Assembly (NCBI GenBank): GCA_963676915.2
Contig: CAXXVK010000043.1
Span: 96,001 to 160,000 of the forward strand
DNA: 64,000 nt
Origin: Myxococcota bacterium
GTDB lineage: Bacteria > Myxococcota_A > SURF-8 > G963663525
Direction: 5' to 3'
A program made the position numbers and the translations under genes. Numbering within the stretch: position 1 is the stretch's first letter; every line of letters begins with the position of its first letter. Positions 57,392 through 64,000 of this stretch are shown here, piece after piece. A model generated the notes under the pieces. That model worked only from the letters and a program-made list of their open reading frames with translations, had not been told where the DNA came from and did not search any database.

Positions 57392-58726
57392 TTACAGACT
57401 TCCGCCCGTAACGGCCATGTAGACGATCAGGCTAAGGATCGCCAGCGGTACGATGCCGCCGAGCAGCACGCGCCAGATCTGGACGTAGGGTTTGAAACTC
57501 GGTGCGGAGGCGATGACTTCTTCGGCGGCATTGCCGATTCCCCAGCGGTAGACCAGGAAAATGCACGTCAGCAAGGCTCCGATGCACAGAGAGACGTTGC
57601 CGATGAGGAAATCCATCAGGTCCAGGAATCCTTTGCCTCCAACAATGTCGCTCAGACCGGAAACCGCTCCTAGTGAGAGCGCAGAAGGAATCCCCAACAA
57701 TCCCGTTACGATACAGACAATGATCACGCTTTTAAGCCGTGAAAACTTCCATTCGTCGATGAAATAAGCGGTGACTACTTCGAGCAGGGAGACGGTCGAT
57801 GTCAGCGCTGCTACGGCGAGCAACAGGAAGAAGGCCAGGGCGATCCACTGTCCCTGGGGAATCTGGTTGAATTGCTCGATCATCGTGACGAATACCAGCC
57901 CGGCACCGCCCTTTTCAAGGCTGTGACCGATGACCGGGAAAATAAGAAAGCCTGCAAGAATGGCAATCAGTGTGTCGAATGACACGACCGCCAGAGCGCT
58001 GGTGGCGAGGTTGTCCTTTTTGCCGATGTATGCGCCGTAGGTGATCATCGCACCCATACCCAGCGAGAGCGAATAAAACGCCTGACCGATAGCGTAAAGC
58101 ACCGTTTTTCCTGAAAGTCCGTCGATATCGGGCATCAGGAAATATTTCAGTCCTTCGGCGGCGGTGGGAAGGGTCAACCCACGGATGATCAGGCCGATCA
58201 TCATCAGCAAAAGAAGCGGCATGAGTAGCTTGGCCATGCGCTCGATGCCGTCTTTGACGCCACGGGCCACAACGAATCCGGTCAGTCCCAGGAAAAGAAT
58301 AAGGTAGGAAATCTGCAACGGAGCATTCCCGAGAAAAGCTCCGAAACCTTTGGGGTCGAGATCTCCTGTGGCGGATTTGATTATATAGCCTACAGTCCAC
58401 CCTGCAACCACTGAATAATACGAGAGAATTCCTGCGCCGGTCGCGACGCCCAGCAAGCCGACGAATTTCCAGCGTGGGCTGATTTTTTTAAAGGCTCCAA
58501 CAGGGTTGCGTTGGGTGTGACGGCCAATGGTCAACTCGGCCAGCATGACCGGCAATCCGATAAAAACCACCGCGACAAGGTATAGCAGCACGAAAATACC
58601 GCCGCCGTTTTCCTGAGTGACATACGGGAAACGCCAGATATTTCCAAGACCTACCGCCGAACCGGCTGCGGCCAGAATAAAGCCTAGTTTGGAATTCCAT
58701 TGTGCACGTTGGTTTGTTGCTCCCAT
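57392..58726 (-). CDS. Sodium:neurotransmitter symporter (NSS/SNF) family transporter
   Basis: R.QW.S..GF.LA.AGSAVGLGNIWRFPY, NGGG.F, YYSVV.GW, GIE, QAF.SLS.G. Confidence 0.95.
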   Translation of the reverse strand: MGATNQRAQWNSKLGFILAAAGSAVGLGNIWRFPYVTQENGGGIFVLLYLVAVVFIGLPVMLAELTIGRHTQRNPVGAFKKISPRWKFVGLLGVATGAGILSYYSVVAGWTVGYIIKSATGDLDPKGFGAFLGNAPLQISYLILFLGLTGFVVARGVKDGIERMAKLLMPLLLLMMIGLIIRGLTLPTAAEGLKYFLMPDIDGLSGKTVLYAIGQAFYSLSLGMGAMITYGAYIGKKDNLATSALAVVSFDTLIAILAGFLIFPVIGHSLEKGGAGLVFVTMIEQFNQIPQGQWIALAFFLLLAVAALTSTVSLLEVVTAYFIDEWKFSRLKSVIIVCIVTGLLGIPSALSLGAVSGLSDIVGGKGFLDLMDFLIGNVSLCIGALLTCIFLVYRWGIGNAAEEVIASAPSFKPYVQIWRVLLGGIVPLAILSLIVYMAVTGGSL

Positions 58727-58859
58727 ATCCCTGCCTTTTCCGGGCGCCACCCCAAATTCATTCGTTTGCTGGAAGATTAGCTTGGTTTTCGTGAACAGGA
58801 AGATTGTAGTGGATGCAGGCGGCTTGTCAAGAATCCAGGTATAGGAGGGCAATATAAGA

Positions 58860-58900
58860 CAAAAATCGCAGGTCAGGCATACAATAGCCCGACCTGCGAT
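58860..58900 (-). terminator. Intrinsic terminator of the mnmG operon
   Basis: Minus strand atcgcaggtcgggc-loop-gcctgacctgcgat followed by T5. Confidence 0.75.
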
Positions 58901-58928
58901 CGTGGATTTTGGGGGTGTTCTGTCCTCG

Positions 58929-60311
58929 TTAGGCGATATCCGGGGTTTCGTTGAAGATCCTGGCGACGGCCCGTGACCAGCGTTTCAGGTGTTTGGGTTC
59001 CGCACGGCGGGGATAGCGTTCGTACAGGCGATACACGAGGTTCATTTTCGCCACTTCGGGCAGCATTCGGCCCGCCAGTGATGGCGCTTTGATGCTGGCG
59101 AAAAGCAGACGGACGATTTCGGACGGAGAAAGCGGTGGCATGTGCTGGTTGATTGCTGCAAACGAGGTTGTGGGGGAATTCAGTCCCGAAAACAGCAGGG
59201 CACCGATGTCCTCGGACGTGAGCGTTTGCGACAGACGGCGGAAAACATCATAGGCGGCGTTGACCTTGCCGAATTCCGTCATGAAAGCGTGTTGGTATCC
59301 CCACATGACTTCCCGACAGCCTGGGTCGAGGTTTTTACGAGCGATCTGGGCAAGAGTCAAACCGGCAATCATTCCGGTACAGATACCGCTAGCATGGGCA
59401 GGGAAGACCTGACAGGCAGCGTTGCCGACCAGGGCAATACCTTCGAGAGCGAAGCAGTCGTACGGGCGGCGCATGGGAATCAAGGCGCTACCGCCCGAAA
59501 TCTTCGGACCGATCCAGGGGCGTTGTGCGAGAAATTCCTCCATCAGTTCCGGTCCGGTTTTGAATCGACCGTCGGCGAGAGAGCCGCAGAGAATCGCGAC
59601 GTGCTCGTGTTCGAAACTGACATTGTACATGATCGTCGAGAATCCACCTTCCACACCGAGGAGGGTGTTGGCCGTCTCGGGTTGGAGGTTTAGTTGTGCG
59701 AGGGCCTCACGAGCAGCGGAAACGTCTGCGATTTCATGCACTTCCTGTGCTGCTGTGCACAGGTGTTTCGAGGCAACCGGCGGGCAGATTCTCGCTAGTT
59801 GCGGCACTTTCGAGCGTAGCGCACCGTTTCTTCCCGTGGCGTCCACGAACAGTCGGGCTTTCAGGTCGAAGCTTTCGGATTTTCCATCCAAAGTCTGGGT
59901 AACGGTCAAGGTTGTCGGACGGTCATTCTCGAAGTGGAATCGTTCGGGAATGGTCTGTTCGAAGGCCGTACATCCTTTCTCGATCGCCAGTTTCTGAAGA
60001 CGAGCGACAAGAAGGCGCATATCGAGATCGTGAAGTGGAGATTTTTCCAGGAAAATCCTGTGCTTGGTCGTTTTGTCCATCATGACGACAGGAAAATCTC
60101 TCGCCATCAACTCGGGTTTGGAGGGCTGATCGATTTCCGCCCGGTCGATCATCCAGGGAGCAAGTCCGTTGCTCCAAGTGGGTCCGGCTTTGTCGAAGGG
60201 CAGGGCGTCCAGCAAAGCGACATTGAAACCGAAGCGTGCGAAATGATAGGCAGTAGCGGACCCGGAGGTTCCCGCCCCGACTACGACGATATCGAATTCG
60301 TTGTTTTTCAC
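58929..60311 (-). CDS. FAD-dependent oxidoreductase, geranylgeranyl-reductase-like
   Basis: DIVVVGAG.SG, FVDATG, LVGNAA.Q..P..A.GI; GTGA overlap with the mnmG stop. Confidence 0.85.
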   Translation of the reverse strand: MKNNEFDIVVVGAGTSGSATAYHFARFGFNVALLDALPFDKAGPTWSNGLAPWMIDRAEIDQPSKPELMARDFPVVMMDKTTKHRIFLEKSPLHDLDMRLLVARLQKLAIEKGCTAFEQTIPERFHFENDRPTTLTVTQTLDGKSESFDLKARLFVDATGRNGALRSKVPQLARICPPVASKHLCTAAQEVHEIADVSAAREALAQLNLQPETANTLLGVEGGFSTIMYNVSFEHEHVAILCGSLADGRFKTGPELMEEFLAQRPWIGPKISGGSALIPMRRPYDCFALEGIALVGNAACQVFPAHASGICTGMIAGLTLAQIARKNLDPGCREVMWGYQHAFMTEFGKVNAAYDVFRRLSQTLTSEDIGALLFSGLNSPTTSFAAINQHMPPLSPSEIVRLLFASIKAPSLAGRMLPEVAKMNLVYRLYERYPRRAEPKHLKRWSRAVARIFNETPDIA

Positions 60312-62179
60312 GATTTTTGCCTTTTTCTTTTTTCCAAAAACAGAACAAGCGTTGAAACCGCCGCCGGAGTGATACCGCTGATTCGTCCGGCCTGGGCGAT
60401 GGTATGCGGTCGAAAATGCATGAGCTTCTCTTTGACTTCTATAGATAACCCGGCGATTTCACTAACGTCAAGGTCATCCGGAATTCTCATGCTCTCCAGC
60501 GTTCTCATTCGTTCGGCCTGGGTGGTGGCTCGTTCGATATATCCTTCGTACTTCAGCTCGATTTCCACTTTTTCGCGGATCTCGTCGGGAATCTCGCTGC
60601 ACGAAGGATCGATTTCCGGCCAGTCGCGCCAACCGACTTCGGGCCGTCGTAGCAGCCTTGAAAGCGATTGCGTGTTTTGCAGGTCGGGCGAGTTCTTTTG
60701 TTGCAGCAACTGGGAAAGCTCCACCGAAGGGGCGACGGTTACCCGGTTCAACCGTTGGATTTCACGGTCGATTTTCGCTTTTTCTTCTCGGACCTGCTCG
60801 CGGCGCTCTTCGGAAACCAGACCGACTTCGTATCCCAACTCCGTCAGACGAAAAGCGGCGTTGTCTTCCCGCAACAGCAGGCGGAATTCCGCTCGGGAGG
60901 TGAACATTCGATAGGGCTCGTTGGTACCCAGTGTCGTGAGGTCGTCGATCAATACCCCGATGTAAGCCTGGTCACGACGCAGCACGATTTCTTCGTTGCC
61001 GTGAAGCTTGCGGGCGAGGTTGATTCCGGCCATCAGTCCTTGTCCGGCGGCTTCCTCGTAACCGCTGGTTCCGTTGATCTGTCCTGCGCAATATAACCCG
61101 TCGATACGAAACGTTTCCAGCGTCGGTCGAAGTTGTCGCGGGGGGGTGAAATCATAGTCCACCGCGTAGCCGTATTGAACGATTTTGGCGTCTTCCAGGC
61201 CGGGAATGGTGGGAATGTAGCGTTCCTGCACGTCGCGAGGCAGTGAAGTGGATACGCCATTGGGGTAGATCCAATTCGAGTCCAGACCGATAGGCTCGAC
61301 GAAAACATGGTGGCGTTTCCGATGGGGAAATCGCATCACCTTGTCTTCGATGGAGGGGCAATAACGCGGTCCTTGTCCCTCGATTTTTCCCGAAAACAGC
61401 GGGGATCGGTCGATACCTTTACGGATTTCCCGGTGGGTGTCGTCGTTGGTGTAGGTGATGTAACAATGTACTTGGGGCAGTGGATAGCGATCCGTGCGGT
61501 GGGAAAACGGCACGATGCGCTCATCCCCCGGTTGATCCTCCATCTTGCTGATGTCGATGGTATCGCCATCCAGCCTCGGGGGGGTTCCGGTTTTCAGTCG
61601 AGCCAGTTCGAGCCCATGTTCTCTCAGTGATTTCGATAACTTAACCGCTGGTGGATCGCCCACTCGACCACCGGGGGTGATATCCTCGCCGACGTATAGC
61701 AAGCCACCTAAAAAAGTTCCGGTGGTGAGAATGACGCCTTTGGCCTCGACACGCTCGCCTCCATTGAGTCCGATACCGATAACGCGACCGTTTTCGACGA
61801 TCAATTCTTCGGTTTCGGCTTCTAGGAGGGTCAATCCTGGTTGTTGCTGGAGAATCTCCTGCATTTTCGCGGCATACCGCGCCATGTCGGATTGAACCCG
61901 AGATGCTCGTACCGCCGGACCTTTGGTGCTGTTGAGAATGCGGAACTGGATGGCGGTCTGGTCTGCGACGTAAGGCATTTCGCCGCCTAAAGCATCGATT
62001 TCACGAACGATATGCCCCTTGGCCAATCCTCCTACGGACGGATTGCAACTCATAAAGGCGATACGGGAAATCTGAGGAGAAACGAGGGCGCAATCCACCC
62101 CCAAGCGTGCCAGCGCCAAAGCTGCCTCGCATCCGGCGTGTCCTCCTCCAACAACAATTGCTTCAAACCGAGCCGTCAT
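60308..62179 (-). CDS. mnmG: tRNA uridine-5-carboxymethylaminomethyl(34) synthesis enzyme MnmG (GidA)
   Basis: VGGGHAG.EAA, MSCNPS.GG.AKG, KGPAVR, KTGTPPR, GPRYCPSIEDK, AGQINGTSGYEEA. Confidence 0.98.
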   Translation of the reverse strand: MTARFEAIVVGGGHAGCEAALALARLGVDCALVSPQISRIAFMSCNPSVGGLAKGHIVREIDALGGEMPYVADQTAIQFRILNSTKGPAVRASRVQSDMARYAAKMQEILQQQPGLTLLEAETEELIVENGRVIGIGLNGGERVEAKGVILTTGTFLGGLLYVGEDITPGGRVGDPPAVKLSKSLREHGLELARLKTGTPPRLDGDTIDISKMEDQPGDERIVPFSHRTDRYPLPQVHCYITYTNDDTHREIRKGIDRSPLFSGKIEGQGPRYCPSIEDKVMRFPHRKRHHVFVEPIGLDSNWIYPNGVSTSLPRDVQERYIPTIPGLEDAKIVQYGYAVDYDFTPPRQLRPTLETFRIDGLYCAGQINGTSGYEEAAGQGLMAGINLARKLHGNEEIVLRRDQAYIGVLIDDLTTLGTNEPYRMFTSRAEFRLLLREDNAAFRLTELGYEVGLVSEERREQVREEKAKIDREIQRLNRVTVAPSVELSQLLQQKNSPDLQNTQSLSRLLRRPEVGWRDWPEIDPSCSEIPDEIREKVEIELKYEGYIERATTQAERMRTLESMRIPDDLDVSEIAGLSIEVKEKLMHFRPHTIAQAGRISGITPAAVSTLVLFLEKRKRQKS

Positions 62180-62515
62180 TCGAACTCCTGAACGGTTCTC
62201 CGAAACGAGCGCTATCGTAGCGATGGTACCCCGTGAGTCAACACTTATTGTGCTTTTGGAGCAAAATTGTCCTATTTCACACTATGTGGATCGCTGAAAG
62301 GATGGTAAAAACAGTAGTTAGGAGAAGACTTGTAGGAAAAAACGATATCGTTTTCCATCGTGTTGGACTCTTCTTGCCCTACCGAAGATTTCGGGATACA
62401 TGAGGAACACGATTTAGGGAAATTGGCTGAAAATTCGCGTTTCGGAATACGGCGTTTGATAATCGCCTGTTCAACTTGCCAATACATGCATGTTTTGGTT
62501 GTACCGGAGGATACG

Positions 62516-64000
62516 ATGTTTGCCTTGTCTGGACGTTTTTTTTGTAAGTTTGTGTTGTTGCTGGGGATTATTTTTTCTTATTCCTCGCTTAATGCCGCAC
62601 CTCTGAAAAATGTGCCTGTGGTCGTAAAACAGCCCGATGGCACGATGATGCAACTCTATGCTAGCGGCGACGAATTTTACAATGTCCTGCACGATGCATT
62701 GGGATATACGGTCGTTAAAGACCCCAATACCGGTGCTTACGTTTATGCCGAGAAGAAAAACGGACAGCTCGTGCCTTCGTCCCATCCTGCGGGTCTGAGC
62801 GATCCCATTCTTCTCGATATCTCTCCAAATCTGGCGGACGAGGTTCCCGTGATCCGGCAACGGCGCATGACCTCACCGATCATTCAGGGACGTACGGAAC
62901 TTTCACCGATCGTACGGATGAGCACGACCGGAACGGTGAACAACCTCGTGGTTTTCATCCGGTTTTCCGATCAGGATCAGTTCGTCGAGTCGCTAAACCA
63001 TTTCGAAACCTTCTTCAATGCACAGAACGATGTTTCGATGCGGGACTACTTCGACGAAGTATCCAGCGGTCAGTTGGATCTCGTATCCACGTTTTATCCC
63101 TCCACCTCCGGTCCCGGCGTGATTTCTTTTCAAGATTCCCATACTAGGAACTATTACCTGCCGTACGACGCCATCAGTAATCCTGAAGGATACGAGGGTG
63201 GTGAATACGGTTCGGAGCGCATCGTTCGCGAACACACCCTGCTGAAAAAAGCCGTCGAGGCCATTTCGGCGCAGGTGCCGACCTCGTTGGATGTCGATTC
63301 CGACGACGATGGAAACGTGGATAACGTGGTGTTCGTAGTCCAGGGCGGACCGGATGGCTGGAGTACGCTGCTTTGGCCCCATCAATGGGTGTTGTATTCG
63401 GAGTCCGTGACGATCAATGGGGCGAGAGTGTTCGACTACAACTTCCAGTTGCAGGAAACCCTGGATGTGGGTGTGTTGTGCCACGAAATGTTCCACTCCC
63501 TGGGAGCGCCCGATCTCTACAATTACGACACCAACGACAACCCGGTCGGTCCCTGGGATCTGATGGCTTCGACGGCGGATATTCCCCAGCATATGAGTGC
63601 GTTTATGAAAATGCGCTACGGCGAGTGGTTCGATTCCATTCCCGAAATCACCGCTTCGGGAACTTATACGCTGGATAGCTTGTCTATTTCGCCGCACGCG
63701 GCCTACAAGATTTACAGCGAGGATTCGGTAGACGAGTACTTCGTTCTCGAACATCGTCGAGCTACCGGGCGCTATGAAAGCTCTTTGCCCGGTTCCGGTC
63801 TTTTGGTGTATCGCGTCGATTCCACACGGGACGGCCTCGGTAACGCCAGTGGTCCCCCGAACGAAGTGTACCTGTTTCGTCCGGATGGGAATCTGACGAA
63901 CGATGGCGATGTCTCCCAAGCCCATCTGACCGAGGACGAAGGCCGGACCATTTTCGGTTCCGGGCAGAATCCCTATCCTTTCTTTTCCGATGGTACGACG
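62516..64000 (+). CDS. M6-family (immune inhibitor A-like) secreted metalloprotease; 3'-partial
   Basis: Absent from the ORF track because there is no stop in the window. GGAGG RBS; MFALSGRF... signal peptide; QPDG...SGDEF propeptide; WPH; VLCHEMFHSLGAPDLY; GPWDLMA Met-turn. Confidence 0.92.
   Translation, partial: MFALSGRFFCKFVLLLGIIFSYSSLNAAPLKNVPVVVKQPDGTMMQLYASGDEFYNVLHDALGYTVVKDPNTGAYVYAEKKNGQLVPSSHPAGLSDPILLDISPNLADEVPVIRQRRMTSPIIQGRTELSPIVRMSTTGTVNNLVVFIRFSDQDQFVESLNHFETFFNAQNDVSMRDYFDEVSSGQLDLVSTFYPSTSGPGVISFQDSHTRNYYLPYDAISNPEGYEGGEYGSERIVREHTLLKKAVEAISAQVPTSLDVDSDDDGNVDNVVFVVQGGPDGWSTLLWPHQWVLYSESVTINGARVFDYNFQLQETLDVGVLCHEMFHSLGAPDLYNYDTNDNPVGPWDLMASTADIPQHMSAFMKMRYGEWFDSIPEITASGTYTLDSLSISPHAAYKIYSEDSVDEYFVLEHRRATGRYESSLPGSGLLVYRVDSTRDGLGNASGPPNEVYLFRPDGNLTNDGDVSQAHLTEDEGRTIFGSGQNPYPFFSDGTT

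Noticed and set aside
62180-62515. oriC next to mnmG
   Set aside because: Only one poor DnaA-box-like match (tgtggatcg); no box cluster and no dnaA or parAB.
62993-63925. 310-aa minus-strand ORF (and 62471-62860)
   Set aside because: Antisense shadows of the plus-strand M6 protease.

Overview
Bacterial chromosomal window of moderately high GC. The many acidic, Cys-rich lipoproteins and the N-terminally extended HflX suggest a deltaproteobacterial/Myxococcota-like organism (inference only). It holds about 38 CDS: housekeeping genes (purSQLF, pckA, slyD, hflX, acs, mnmG, a long RelA/SpoT homologue), lipid and glycan enzymes, and many secreted Cys-rich or hydrolytic proteins. I saw no rRNA, tRNA or CRISPR array. 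Best candidate for an undescribed system: a translationally coupled four-gene minus-strand operon (39159->33389) with a ModE-box-like palindrome over its promoter. It encodes an ECF S-like membrane protein, an EcfT-like domain fused to a THEP1/DUF2478-type NTPase (no ABC ATPase in the operon), a lipoprotein of five repeats resembling the molybdopterin-binding (Oxidored_molyb) fold, and a TonB-dependent receptor. Together these suggest a Mo/W or pyranopterin-cofactor scavenging system. Other notable items: a 202-bp TIR element with a 10-bp target duplication enclosing an inverted GTAG-REP doublet (2 copies); a synthetase-dead long RSH; a histidine kinase with Thr in place of the phospho-His; a protein carrying two circularly permuted versions of one domain; a switch-like structured leader upstream of an OFA-MFS/acs operon; and an AT-rich island encoding a Lrp/AsnC-repeat + zincin-like protein next to an IS200/IS605 element. 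All family assignments come from motif recognition by eye; no database search was run.
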